Origin: an uncultured delta proteobacterium
Lineage (GTDB): Bacteria > Desulfobacterota > Binatia > UBA9968
DNA: 64,000 nucleotides
Assembly (NCBI GenBank): GCA_963840855.1
Contig: CAWJBB010000050.1
Location: 32,001 to 96,000 of the forward strand
Direction: 5' to 3'
A program made the position numbers and the translations under genes. The notes under the pieces are model-generated. The model saw only the letters and a list, made by a program, of their open reading frames with translations, had not been told where the DNA came from and searched no databases. Below are positions 30,601 through 41,200 of the stretch, piece by piece. The number at the start of each line of letters is the position of its first letter. Within the stretch, counting starts at the first letter, position 1.

Positions 30601-31244
30601 AGCATCTCTTGGAGCGTGTTGAAATGGCTGAGTTGTCGGCACAGGGCAAGGTTGAATTGGAACTTGTGACCAAGGGAGCCACAGCTTTTTTAGAGTTGGA
30701 ACGACAGGCGCGGCGGGAAGCGCACGATATCAATGATAGGGAGGATAAATTTGCGGTCTGGATTGTGGCACTCTCCGCGGGAGCTATTGCGGGCATCAGT
30801 ACTGCTCCCAGACTTGCGGGTATTTCTCGCCTCGAAGCCATAATTGTGCTCGCGCCATTTGTTCTTAGCGTACTGATGGGCATCGTTTACAGATGGATAC
30901 TGAAGAAGTTTGACGTAGCTGAATTCCTCGCAAGCTATAATAAGCAATCGAGCTATATCGCGGTTTTGTCCGTTTTGTTGCCCAGAATACAATCGGATAG
31001 AGACATCAGCGATGTTAAGGCTAGATTGAAAGAAATTCATGAAAAACGAGACCCGAAATATAGCGCACTGGTTAAAAAGGTGGACTTGTGGGAGCGACTC
31101 GCGAGAATCTTCTGTTTCGCGCCAGCTGCGTTTTTTATCGGGGTTTTCGTGTTGGCGGTCGTGGCCTCTATCAATTGGCCAGATACGTCCCCCGGCTCTA
31201 AAACACCGAAAGAACTTCCCCAAATCCGGCAGGGCAAATCTTGA
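30597..31244 (+). CDS. Membrane protein with about 3 TM helices
   Basis: Hydrophobic segments; translational coupling with the upstream gene. Confidence 0.65.
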   Translation: MKHLLERVEMAELSAQGKVELELVTKGATAFLELERQARREAHDINDREDKFAVWIVALSAGAIAGISTAPRLAGISRLEAIIVLAPFVLSVLMGIVYRWILKKFDVAEFLASYNKQSSYIAVLSVLLPRIQSDRDISDVKARLKEIHEKRDPKYSALVKKVDLWERLARIFCFAPAAFFIGVFVLAVVASINWPDTSPGSKTPKELPQIRQGKS

Positions 31245-31301
31245 TAAAGCGAGCCGTCTGGCGGAGTGACTATACGTTAATTTGGTGCTACGTTGCCGCA
31301 C

Positions 31302-31544
31302 ATGCCTGACCAATACGGCGTAGTGACAAGGCTCCTGGAAAAGATGGGCCTTGCGGAGTGGCACGTAGTCGAGCCGGTGCGTGGTGACCTGCGAGGAAAT
31401 GTCTGGATTCAAAATACGGAGAAACAGCTTGACGCTTACGTTCAGCTTTCCCCACGGGATGTTGATATTCTCTCCGAAGAAACAATGATTGAACGAATCC
31501 GGTCAGCAATTGCGGTGGCTACTGATGAGCGTTATCGGTCGTGA
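31302..31544 (+). CDS. Hypothetical protein
   Basis: 80-aa ORF ending at arm-type repeats TGTGCCA x2 (31546, 31557). Confidence 0.45.
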   Translation: MPDQYGVVTRLLEKMGLAEWHVVEPVRGDLRGNVWIQNTEKQLDAYVQLSPRDVDILSEETMIERIRSAIAVATDERYRS

Positions 31545-32207
31545 CTGTGCCACTTTTGTGCCAGTTGTATCGACAAGGGCCAAAGACATCAGGGGAGGGA
31601 CGATGGGACAAATAGAATCAGCGGCCCCCGGACATCAAGGATAGTTCCTTTCTACCCTCCTTTTCAGAGTAAAACTCCAGGTGTTTCTCTCCTGGAGCAC
31701 TGCATTTCTCACTGCTAAGGAACAGCCATCCTGTCACTGGCCTGTCGCAGCTCGCCCCCCACTGTGAGCGCTTCGGGTCTGGATTCTCGACGTTGGCGCG
31801 CCAGCCATGGTTTATCCTTCTTCAACAAAGATGCGTTTGAGAGCTAAAACGTCACCGGCGCGGGGCATTTTGACAACGGTTTTGACATTTCATCGCAGCG
31901 GCTCGGCTTAGACCGCTTAGAATTAATATTCCTGGACGAGCTAGAAAAAATCCCCGATTACAGGGCCTACGCTCAAAACAAGAAATTATCAATTTATGCT
32001 GAAAAGCACCCGGAAATAGAAATATGAAACCTACTCTTCCGCGGCAGCCGAAAGAATCTCTTCTTGTGTCGCTTTCAGCCAGTATTCAGTAGGGTCGTTT
32101 TTCAATTTCACTGGCGTCAGTGCGCCTTCAACGTCGTGCGTTACACGCTCAAAATTTTGAAAATTTACTTCAATCATCCTGCCGTCGGCGTTTTCAAATT
32201 TCATATT

Positions 32208-32837
32208 TCACTCATCATCCGAACTCTGCCATCCTGTTGGGAGATTTCCCTCTTTCCAGAGCTGCGTTAATTCGGCTTTGGCTCTCTGCCAGTAATCAGC
32301 GTCCTGCCCGTCAGGCTGCCCATCATTTTTCCAGCTGTAATAGGCTGCAATAGAAATCCATTCCTCAGGGAAATCTGGCTCGTTTTCCAGCTTGCCGGTA
32401 CTCATCCTCGGTTTGTTCATCGACTCCATCGGTTTGCCCTCCTTTGCACGAGCCTTTTGTGACCTGGGCCGTCGCTTTGTTTGGTTCTTGTCGTTTTCAG
32501 GTGTCATTGGTTTAGAAATAACATGTTGGATGCCTTGATGTAAGCGTTCGGTGAGATCCGCCCAGAGGTGATCGATCACTTTTTGTTGAGGCTTGGTGAT
32601 CATGTCACCGGCGTCGCGTGGTTTCTCTTGCTGGAAGTTTCTCTTGACCCAGAAGCCGATCGCCTTGAAGTGGTCGATGACCTTTTTAAAATCCTCGTCG
32701 GTGAAGATGTCGAGCGCCGATCCGAGCTTCCCGGTGTGCTCGATCAGTACGTAGACGTACTCCTGATCGGTGAGCTTCAGCTCGCGCTTGGCGACGTGGA
32801 GGAGCTTCTTTTTTTGGCTGCTAATCATCTGATCCAC
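32208..32837 (-). pseudogene. Chimera: Mu-like GemA/gp16 (DUF1018) N-terminal fragment joined to a DUF2934-like protein
   Basis: LLHVAKRELKLTDQEY...VIDHFKAIGF...QQKVIDHLW (GemA-like); ISIAAYYSW...G...DYWQRAKAEL (DUF2934-like). Confidence 0.7.
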
Positions 32838-32891
32838 TCATCAACTAAGTCGCCTTGTTTTCACAAAGGAATGAGAGTATTTTGCCGCCTC

Positions 32892-33122
32892 ATGAGTAAA
32901 GAAATTACCATCTGCTTGTATAGGGCGCAGTGGGAATGCTTAGAGCCACATCTTACCGGCATCTCGTGTACAGAGTTCACTGGGTCAGGGTTTCCTCCGT
33001 ACGATTGCTGCATTATCTGCGACGAGGCGGACTATCAGAAGGTGCTCCAGGCAGCGAAGGAATATTGCCCAACCTCAGTGAATCAGATTGAAAAGCAACA
33101 TACAGACTCTTTGATGTGGTGA
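32892..33122 (+). CDS. Small Cys-containing hypothetical protein
   Basis: MSKEITICL...AKEYCPTSVNQIE; 76 aa. Confidence 0.5.
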   Translation: MSKEITICLYRAQWECLEPHLTGISCTEFTGSGFPPYDCCIICDEADYQKVLQAAKEYCPTSVNQIEKQHTDSLMW

Positions 33123-33681
33123 ATAGTTTCGTCGATGAGAAAGGCTCCAAAAAAGACCACGAGGTTGTGGCGCAGAGGATGCCCCGATCGCTGTTTCGAC
33201 TGGGACTCGTCCTATAAAAGAGCCCTGAATAAAAAAGAGCGATTGGAGTCATATTTTTAACGCTTCTACTGGTGCTGTGTTTCGCGCTTCGAAAAGATTT
33301 CAAGAGAAAAAAGCCGTTAAACGCCATCGTTATTTTCGCCTTGGCTATGCTGGGACTATGGTGCTTCGTCGCATTTGAGAAAGCGTACCTTAGTCTCCAT
33401 AACCTGTTGATGTAGCCAAATTGTTCTCCGTTATTGCCAACCATTAACTGAATTGGTCATCTGTAAATCGCCGTGGGATCGACCGACGCCTCAGAGAAAT
33501 CTCACAGGATTAGTTCGAGGGAGAAATCAGTTCAATTGGATGGTTAACGACCAAGCTCAGCGACCGCCGCCCGAAACGCCCGGTCGGCTGCAACAGTCGC
33601 TGACAAATTACCGAACCGTCCGACTGCAAAGCGGGCGGCGGTTCGCTGCAGCGTTCTTGTTATGTGACGAAACGGCCACAA

Positions 33682-34026
33682 TTAGACCTGCCACAATCCA
33701 GATTCAATGCCTCCTTGAATCAAAATGGCGAATTTACCGCGTCCTGGGATCTCAGTTGGCTGCATTGCGATTTTTGCGCCGGATTGGCCTGCGGCGGCGA
33801 CGGCTGCCTCAATATCATGGACAAGGAAGTAAGGACGCACCACCTGGGTCTCGGTATGTCGCAGTGGAGCTCGAATCCCCAGCGTTCCGCCGTTCGCCAG
33901 GTTGGCAGTGCGTGCGCCCCCTAGACTCTCATCGGCGGCGCCGAAAGAAATGCCATGAATCTTGGAGTATAGCGCAACAGACGCGTCAACATCCGGTGTC
34001 ACTATTTCGAGGTAATGAATTTGCAT
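33682..34026 (-). CDS. VOC family protein
   Basis: IHYLEIVT, PYFLVHDIEAA, IPGRGKFAI...GLWQ. Confidence 0.85.
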   Translation of the reverse strand: MQIHYLEIVTPDVDASVALYSKIHGISFGAADESLGGARTANLANGGTLGIRAPLRHTETQVVRPYFLVHDIEAAVAAAGQSGAKIAMQPTEIPGRGKFAILIQGGIESGLWQV

Positions 34027-34357
34027 TGTATTCCCTTTCTCAGTGTTCGTGTCCTCAACCGCCAATTGGTCGCCAGACAATTCGTTCGTACTTTCCGCCC
34101 AGACTATCATGATTTGGCGAACAACCAATGTGTAGGATGGCTGTCCACGGCATTGCAATAAAGGCAATACCAGCATGGAGAAGATTACGCCGATTGATCC
34201 TCTGCATAGTCCTTCGTCACATAACCAGTGCGTATACTGACCCATGTATTACCGATTCGAAGAATCACGGCTCCGTCAATCATTTTTCGTTCTCGTTCAT
34301 CCCAATATACCTGGTCAGCATATTACCAATATAGCTGCGAGCCGCAGCCGCAAGATG

Positions 34358-34429
34358 CAGGATTGAACTGATCGACGCAACGGACAAATCTCACAGGATT
34401 TGTTAGATGGAGAATTCAGTTCAATCCTG
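34358..34429. repeat. 70-bp dyad element, complete copy
   Basis: CAGGATTGAACTGA-N12-ACAAATC-TCACAG-GATTTGT-N12-TCAGTTCAATCCTG. Confidence 0.9.
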
Positions 34430-34453
34430 GCAGCGCAGCTTGGTTTTCTTTCA

Positions 34454-35419
34454 TCACCTGATCAGCTTATTCGCTCGCGCGAGCACGTCCGGCGGAATTG
34501 TCAGACCAATCTGCTTTGCGGTCTTGAGATTGATGACAAACTCGAACTTGGTTGGCTGCTCGACAGGGAGGTCGGCAGGCTTGGCTCCCTTGAGGATTCT
34601 ATCTACGAAATATGCGACGCGCCGGTGCAGATCGAGAAAGTCCCCGCTATAACTCATCAGCCCGCCATCGACAACGAATGGTGAATTGGGGTAGATAGCC
34701 GGTAGCCGCGTTTTAGCCGCCTGACTAGCGACCCGCATCCGTTGACCGTTCATCCAACCGCCCCCCGATATGATGAGCGCCTCGGTTTCGTTGGCCGCGG
34801 CTCGAAAGGACTTCTCCAGATCATCCGGCCCTTTCATTTCGATTGTTTTAAGCTGCAGGCGGAGCGCGCGCGCTGGGGCCTCGATCTCCCGGACGTTGGC
34901 CTTACCACTTAGACCAGTCCAGAGATGGCCAACCCGGGAGACTTTCGGAAAGGCTTCCTTCAAGAGCTCCAGCCGTTTTCCCGCGAGCCCCGCGCCGAGG
35001 CCAGTGTAACCCGTGATATTGCCCCCAGGCCGAGCAAGACTTTCTATGAGTCCCATCTCCACGGGATCGTCAGCTACGTTCATCACGATGGGGATCGTGC
35101 TGGTTACCTGTTTCGCCGCTCGAATTGCCGGAATCCCGGTGGTCACGATGCAGTCGACCTTCAGCCGGACCAATTCAGCGGCAAGGCCGGGAAACTGACT
35201 CGTGTCGCCGCCTTTCGTAAAGCGCCATTCGATGAGAATGTTTTGACCTTCGACATATCCGAGCGCGCGAAGACTCTCTCGGAATGGCTCAACGGCGGGC
35301 GATGCTGCCGGCGCGAGGTAACCAACGCGGTAAAGTTTCTTCGCCTGCTGCGCCTCTGCGGGAAGGCACAGCGCAAAGAACATGGCGCAAAGCGCAAGAC
35401 GGATAACGTTCTTTCTCAT
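34454..35419 (-). CDS. ABC transporter substrate-binding protein (ABC_sub_bind-type)
   Basis: [50 protein letters not shown]. Confidence 0.93.
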   Translation of the reverse strand: MRKNVIRLALCAMFFALCLPAEAQQAKKLYRVGYLAPAASPAVEPFRESLRALGYVEGQNILIEWRFTKGGDTSQFPGLAAELVRLKVDCIVTTGIPAIRAAKQVTSTIPIVMNVADDPVEMGLIESLARPGGNITGYTGLGAGLAGKRLELLKEAFPKVSRVGHLWTGLSGKANVREIEAPARALRLQLKTIEMKGPDDLEKSFRAAANETEALIISGGGWMNGQRMRVASQAAKTRLPAIYPNSPFVVDGGLMSYSGDFLDLHRRVAYFVDRILKGAKPADLPVEQPTKFEFVINLKTAKQIGLTIPPDVLARANKLIR

Positions 35420-35471
35420 GAGTTTTCTTCGGAGTTTTTGCTGCTCACTGCTTTCTGCTCACTGCTCACTG

Positions 35472-36470
35472 TCATTTAATGACCTTGTCCGCCCGATACA
35501 GCATCGACTGCGGAATCGTCAGGCCAATCTGCTTCGCGGTCTTTAGGTTGATCATCAACTCGAACTTCGTCGGCTGCTGCACCGGCAGGTCGGCGGGCCT
35601 GGCCCCCTTCAGGATTTTGTCCACGTACCAGGCGACGCGCCGGTAGCTGTCGCCGAGGTCCGCCCCGTAGTACATGAGCCCGCCGGCATCTACAGCTTCT
35701 CTTATGGCGTACACCGACGCTAACCGGCTCTTTAACGCAAAGCCCGCGATCCGTTTTTGGCTATTATTGATTAGCGGGCCGCCGGCGGGCACGTAGAGTC
35801 CATCCGGGCGCTCCTTGTTTAGCGCAGCGAATACCCGCTCGAAACCGTCCGCATCTCGTACCTCCCAAGGCTGAATAGCTAACCGCAGCGCACGCGCTGC
35901 GACTGGGAGAACCTCTTTCACCTCGACTACAACTTGCGAATTGGCCGGATCGTAGAGAACCGCGACACGGGCAACTTTGGGAACCGCTTCTTTGAGCAGC
36001 TCCAGCCGTTTCCCGCCTAGTTCTCTGGAAAGGTTTGTAAGGCCGGTGACGTTGCCGCCGGGACGGGCGAGGCTTTCAATTAAGCCTAGCTTGACAGGAT
36101 CGGACCCCTGACCCACCATGACGATGGGAATTGTCTTGGTCGCATTCTTGGCCGCCTGGATCACCGAGCGCCCTCCTGCTGCCACGATGATATCAACCTT
36201 GAGACGCACTAGCTCGGCTGCAAACTCAGGGAGCCGATCGACCTTCCCCTCCGTATATCGGTACTCGCTGGCGATGTTCTGTCCTTCTATGTAGCCAAGC
36301 TCGCGCAGAGCCAGCCGAATTGCCTCGGAACGGGTGGACTCAGTAGCTGGGTCGAGCTGCGATAGATACCCTATCCGGGTGACTTTCTTCGACTGCTGCG
36401 CCTCGGCTATCACTCCAAGAGCCAGTAGGATCACTACGGACAGGATTGCCAAGACACCAGATTTTTTCAT
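35472..36470 (-). CDS. ABC transporter substrate-binding protein paralog
   Basis: Same motifs as the adjacent gene. Confidence 0.93.
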   Translation of the reverse strand: MKKSGVLAILSVVILLALGVIAEAQQSKKVTRIGYLSQLDPATESTRSEAIRLALRELGYIEGQNIASEYRYTEGKVDRLPEFAAELVRLKVDIIVAAGGRSVIQAAKNATKTIPIVMVGQGSDPVKLGLIESLARPGGNVTGLTNLSRELGGKRLELLKEAVPKVARVAVLYDPANSQVVVEVKEVLPVAARALRLAIQPWEVRDADGFERVFAALNKERPDGLYVPAGGPLINNSQKRIAGFALKSRLASVYAIREAVDAGGLMYYGADLGDSYRRVAWYVDKILKGARPADLPVQQPTKFELMINLKTAKQIGLTIPQSMLYRADKVIK

Positions 36471-36546
36471 TGCAGACGTCATTTGCGTATTACGCGGAAG
36501 GTAGCAGAGAAAAGTGACATTTACGACAGAAGGCGAAAGATATCCG

Positions 36547-36594
36547 TCGAGTGGAAAAACCAGATTTTTAGCCTGAGATTGAACTGAACAACGC
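36547..36594. repeat. Dyad element left arm with conserved leader
   Basis: TCGAGTGGAAAAACCAGATTTTTAGCCTGAGATTGAACTGAACAACGC. Confidence 0.85.
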
Positions 36595-36628
36595 TTCGTT
36601 CCAAACCCGCACGCAGGGCGAACCTGCC

Positions 36629-36811
36629 TCAGTGCGGGACTGGATTCAGCAATTTCTGGTAGGTTGCTCTTTCTTTGGAAATCTTCTGCAAGAACTCTTG
36701 TTGCGTGATAATGCCCTTTTCGATTAACAGCTTTGCAAGTGCATCGCTTTGGGCGAGGCTTGAAACCAGAAGCTCTTGAACTGTAACCGGTACCTTATCT
36801 ACGTTCGCCAT
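36629..36811 (-). CDS. Small hypothetical protein (LAKLLIEKGIITQQEF)
   Basis: AAGGAGA RBS; 60 aa. Confidence 0.7.
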   Translation of the reverse strand: MANVDKVPVTVQELLVSSLAQSDALAKLLIEKGIITQQEFLQKISKERATYQKLLNPVPH

Positions 36812-36831
36812 TGTCTCTCCTTATGGATTAA

Positions 36832-37334
36832 TCCGCCCACAGCCCACGGCGTTGCTCTCGCAACTGTGCAAGCAGCCCACACGGAGTTAGGTTTAATGGG
36901 CCAGGGACTTTGCACAAGCAGCCATTTAACGGCTGTGGACCGGAAGGTGGAAAAAATACCAGAACAGCATTGCTGGAGTCGATTTTGAGGACTGTTGCCG
37001 TAACCACGACGACGACTTCGGGAATTGCGCGATGAGCCAGGACACGGCAGGATGGCGCTGGTACGAGTGCATGACTAACAAATGCGGTGATGCCTCGAAC
37101 TGGCCTTTGTATCTCGCTTCTATAGCTGCGGCCAATGCTAGTAAATGGCTACTTACGGAAACGCAAACATCATGGGACGCTTACAAAAAGTCACAGGATG
37201 AGTCTTGCTGGTGCTCTCCCTGTGGATGGCGGTTTAACTGTTTCTATGGTGGCACTGTTCCTAGTGGTCCGCCGATTCAACAGCCACCTTACGACCCTGG
37301 ATTCCCACCTCCAGGAGATTTTGGAGGGTTATGA
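36832..37334 (+). pseudogene. Orphan polymorphic-toxin tip, phospholipase A2-like
   Basis: FNGCGP (36925-36942), a frameshift in the A6 run, then DFEDCCRNHD...MTNKC; no N-terminal delivery domain. Confidence 0.55.
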
Positions 37335-37693
37335 AAACTTTAATCATCATCATCGCTGCATTGGCTATCGGCTGGTTTGCAGCTATGGAGGTGCTTGGGA
37401 TTTTTTGGTTCTGGAATGTCGCAAAGCCCGTTCATACCATTTTAGCAGCGATCGTTGTAATTCTGGGATCCTTTGGGCTCACCCTCGTCGATCCTTATCA
37501 TCGATGGTGGGCGGTAGCGATCGCCATGACCCTCCCGGTTTTATTCGTTGGGTTTTGGTTGTTTCTCTATCTTCCGGGTAAAATCTCGTTTTCTGATTGG
37601 GCCATACCCAGCGGCGGGACTTTCGTCGTGGCAGGGATATCGAGCTGGCTAGCGCAATTAAGTCACCGAAGATGGTGGCGCGACCATGGCTAG
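37331..37693 (+). CDS. 4-TM membrane protein, putative immunity protein
   Basis: ATGA overlap with the toxin-like ORF; GGAGG RBS. Confidence 0.6.
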   Translation: MKTLIIIIAALAIGWFAAMEVLGIFWFWNVAKPVHTILAAIVVILGSFGLTLVDPYHRWWAVAIAMTLPVLFVGFWLFLYLPGKISFSDWAIPSGGTFVVAGISSWLAQLSHRRWWRDHG

Positions 37694-38097
37694 TTTTAGG
37701 CGAAATAATTTCCATGGAACTTTTGGGCGTTGACGCGGCTGGCATCGGTTGCTAATCGCCCGCTAGCAAATTGGCGACGCCGTCTTATATCACCAAAAAT
37801 TGCATTGGGGTGGGGTGTTAGACGGATATCCAACTTGGTGGGAGCCGCGGCGCCACGCTTCATTCACTCCCTCTCATTCTTCTCAAGCCTCGTCGAGTCG
37901 GTAATTCTAAGTCGCGGTTTCTTCTTCCAGACTGGCCTAAGCTCTAAGGGAAATAGAAGCTCAAACCCAGTCTATCCCTGATAGATTCACCCGAGGCTAC
38001 TTGTCAAGATTCGCCTCGCTCTGCAGGGACAAACAACTGGGCGGCTGGCCCTCTTTTCGCCGCGCAGTGAGGCGTGGGACACAAAGAGGACCAATTT

Positions 38098-39699
38098 ATG
38101 AAAAAGCTAGTTATTGTGGTGACCTTCGTTGTTTTTCTGGTCCGAGGTACACTTAGCGCGGTCTATGCGGCTCAATTTTTCTGCCCTGCAGGCAATGTGA
38201 CTTGTCTTATAGCCGCGATAACCCAAGCGAACGCAACGCCAGGAGAGCATATCATTACTCTCGCGCCGGGAACCTACACCCTTCAGGCAGTAAATAACGT
38301 GACTGATGGCCTAAATGGACTCCCATCGATTACAAGTTCGATTCTAATACAGGCGTCCTCGGAGAATCCTCCCACTATAATTGAGCGAGATCCAGCCGCG
38401 CCGCTGTTCCGTATTTTTCATGTCTCTGCTGGCGGCGAGTTGAGTTTGGAAAGCGTGACACTTCAAAATGGCGATTCAACGAATGGCGGATCCGCAATAC
38501 GTAACCGTGGTGTAACGTGGATTCGGAATAGCATTATCAGGAATTCGGGCAGGTCCGACGGCGAATTCGGAGCGATATACAATAGCGGTGAGTTAACCGT
38601 GAGTAGAAGCATCATCACTGAGAATCGAGCAGGGCATCAAGGCGGAGGGATAAATAATCAGCCTGAAGGAAATGTTTTTGTGGAGTATAGCACAATTTCC
38701 AACAACATAGTTGATGGTGGTGGGGGTATTTTTAACACTGGCACTCTCGTCGTGAGAAATAGTGCTATCGTTTTTAATGGCGGCGCTGCTAGTGGAGGCG
38801 GGGGTATTGTTAATGTAGGTTTCGGTTTTGTAGAGATCGTTAACAGTACCATCGCACAAAATCAAACTTCAGACGTAGGAGCGGGTGTATTCAACGGCGA
38901 CGACGGCCACGTTTCTATTATCAATAGCACTATTCGGGAGAACTTTGACATTGGCGGTAGTATTTTTAATGACCTCGGAAGCAGCATACTAGTTCAAAAC
39001 ACAATCATTGCAGGAAATACAAGCCCGGACTGTTTGGGCGTCATTTGGAGTCTTGGCAATAACTTAATTGGCGACCCGAGCGGCTGCACCATAAACCTTC
39101 AGCCCAGCGATCTCACGGGAGATCCGGGTCTCGGCGCGTTGGTAGGGGCTGGACAAGGCGACCCGGCAGGAAGGGCCTTTTATCCGGTATTGGCCGGGAG
39201 CCCAGTTATCGACGCGGCAAGTCCAGCCGCCTGTCCACAGATTGATCAACTGGGGAATCTCCGTCAGAACACCTGTGATATTGGTGCCATTGAGTTTCAA
39301 GGGAAAATGCTCGTTGCGATTGATGTTAAACCACGCAGCGAAGCTAATAAGATCAACCCGAAGAGCAAGAACAGTATCAATGTGGCAATTCTCAGCGTTG
39401 ACGGTTTTGACGCGACCACCGTGGATCCAAAGACCGTGCGTTTCGGCGCAACGGGGACAGAAGCATCTCCTATCCGCGTTGTGAAAAGGGATCCAGACCA
39501 CGACGATGACCGTGATCTGGTTCTGCGCTTTGAAATCCGAGATACGGAAATTGAGTGCGGGGATACTTCGGCTACTTTAACCGGCCAAACTTTTGATGGG
39601 ATACCAATTATCGGTTCAAGTCCAATTCAAACGGTAAGCTGCAAAAAACATAAAGGACCCCATCATGATTTCAACAGTAAAAGACGACACGAAAGGTGA
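38098..39699 (+). CDS. Secreted parallel beta-helix protein (polymorphic-membrane-like repeats, choice-of-anchor-Q-like region)
   Basis: Signal peptide, GGGIxN repeats, GSPVIDA...DQLGNLR..CDIGAIE, C-terminal IDVKP...INPKS domain. Confidence 0.85.
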   Translation: MKKLVIVVTFVVFLVRGTLSAVYAAQFFCPAGNVTCLIAAITQANATPGEHIITLAPGTYTLQAVNNVTDGLNGLPSITSSILIQASSENPPTIIERDPAAPLFRIFHVSAGGELSLESVTLQNGDSTNGGSAIRNRGVTWIRNSIIRNSGRSDGEFGAIYNSGELTVSRSIITENRAGHQGGGINNQPEGNVFVEYSTISNNIVDGGGGIFNTGTLVVRNSAIVFNGGAASGGGGIVNVGFGFVEIVNSTIAQNQTSDVGAGVFNGDDGHVSIINSTIRENFDIGGSIFNDLGSSILVQNTIIAGNTSPDCLGVIWSLGNNLIGDPSGCTINLQPSDLTGDPGLGALVGAGQGDPAGRAFYPVLAGSPVIDAASPAACPQIDQLGNLRQNTCDIGAIEFQGKMLVAIDVKPRSEANKINPKSKNSINVAILSVDGFDATTVDPKTVRFGATGTEASPIRVVKRDPDHDDDRDLVLRFEIRDTEIECGDTSATLTGQTFDGIPIIGSSPIQTVSCKKHKGPHHDFNSKRRHER

Positions 39700-40019
39700 A
39701 AGTGGAAGAGAAGATTGAAAGCCGAATTGAGGGAAAAAGCGCAATCAAAACTCAAGTCAGCCTAAAGACGCGTTGAATGCGAAAATCACACCGCGAAGCA
39801 TTGGTTAAACATCAACGAAACGCGAAGGTTTATTGCTCCCGGTTTGATCGGTGTTGAGCAGACAACGAAAAGGTTAGTCAAATCCCTGCTTGTATCAACA
39901 GCTTTTTATACGTTTAACAACGTATTTTGTATATCGTGCATTGGTCCGTAAATTGAAGCAGGACACCATTTTCTTAGGTCCGGGCTCATACCATGTTACC
40001 CCCTGCACCCGCTTCCTGC

Positions 40020-40226
40020 TTACCTGCCCAGCAACCTTTCTCTCCGCTGGTTGTATTCTCGCTCCGAGATGAGCCCCCTCTCATAGTCGGACTTGAGACC
40101 CTGGAGTTGTTCTCCCGTGGTCGGCGTTGTTGCCGGTGCGTCCGTTACAGTCCTTTCACCGCTTGAGATGGATATGCAACCAGACAGGAATACCGCGCCC
40201 CACATTAGAAATATTTCCTTTCTCAT
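40020..40226 (-). CDS. SHOCT-domain lipoprotein
   Basis: Lipobox LSGC; LKSDYERGLISEREYNQRRERLL. Confidence 0.8.
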   Translation of the reverse strand: MRKEIFLMWGAVFLSGCISISSGERTVTDAPATTPTTGEQLQGLKSDYERGLISEREYNQRRERLLGR

Positions 40227-40257
40227 CGACAAAGCCTCCCCGCGTTTTTCTGAATTT

Positions 40258-40473
40258 TTATCTACCCAGTAGTCTGTCTCGTTGTTGATTATATTCTCGC
40301 TCCGAGATAATGCCTCTATCGTAGGCCGCCCTAAGGTCCTGAAGTTCCCGCTCCGTCGTCGCTGGCCGCTCTCGGACAACAGTCTCATCTCCTCCTCTAA
40401 ACGAGAAACAACCGGATAAGATCGCCGCTAATATTGACGCGCCTGCTAAATTACCTATTCTTGTACTTTTCAT
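40258..40473 (-). CDS. SHOCT-domain lipoprotein (tandem paralog)
   Basis: Lipobox LSGC; LRAAYDRGIISEREYNQQRDRLL. Confidence 0.8.
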   Translation of the reverse strand: MKSTRIGNLAGASILAAILSGCFSFRGGDETVVRERPATTERELQDLRAAYDRGIISEREYNQQRDRLLGR

Positions 40474-41200
40474 TGAAGATCTTCCCTTCGCTTGTTTGAT
40501 TCAAAGTCTTTGCCTACCGTCGTTATCTTTAGAGCACGCACTGCAGCCTCGAAGTCTTTAAGCCCGCGGGTGTAGAGTTCGCATCCAAGAAAATTAAACG
40601 ACGATCATGTACAGCCGCGCACCAAAAGAGAAGAAGCAAAATCTCCGAAATCCAATCCTATTAAGGGCACCCGAAAGCAAATATTGATTGCTCAGACGCC
40701 CCTATGTTCGCCTTAACCCGACCTCGATTAGTAGAAGCAAACCCCATACCAATCCGACCATCGTTCTTCTTTTTGTCTTCATGTAGGAAACCCCTTCCAC
40801 TATGTAGGCGACGAGCTTTTCGGAAACGTCCCAGCTACGAGACACCGCGGTCATCGGACAATGCAAAGATGGGACGGAATTCTCTTAGGTTTGTGCAATG
40901 CGTCGTTGAATTTATCATCACGCCATACTGCACTTGACGGCTTTAAAACTGAGGTCTAGGTGGCGGTACTGGCGGAGGTGCACTAGATCACTGGGGCAGG
41001 ATAGACGCGCTCCCGTCTGTAGCGGGTAACCGCGCGATGACTCAATCCCTTTGTCGGATGAGACGCTGACCGAGCAGCTTCGAAAATCACTCGAACAAGC
41101 GCGAGCAGGAACCTGGTCAGTCGGTGACCGCAGGGACATGCCGAAAAATCAAAATATAATTCAGCCGTGAGGGCGGACGGAAGATTCGTGCCGCAGCTCT

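Noticed and set aside
34358-34429. Dyad as a canonical attC or dif site
   Set aside because: It does not fit RYYYAAC/GTTRRRY with L boxes, nor the 28-bp XerC/D consensus, and no intI is visible. Kept only as an analogy.
34400-34684. Plus-strand ORFs opposite SBP genes (also 61275-61745, 62502-62752, 63694-63897)
   Set aside because: They are antisense shadows of the conserved SBP 3' end and the dyad; their recurrence is explained by the DNA repeat.
35440-35471. CTGCTCA short tandem repeat between SBP genes
   Set aside because: Low-complexity intergenic filler with no supportable function.
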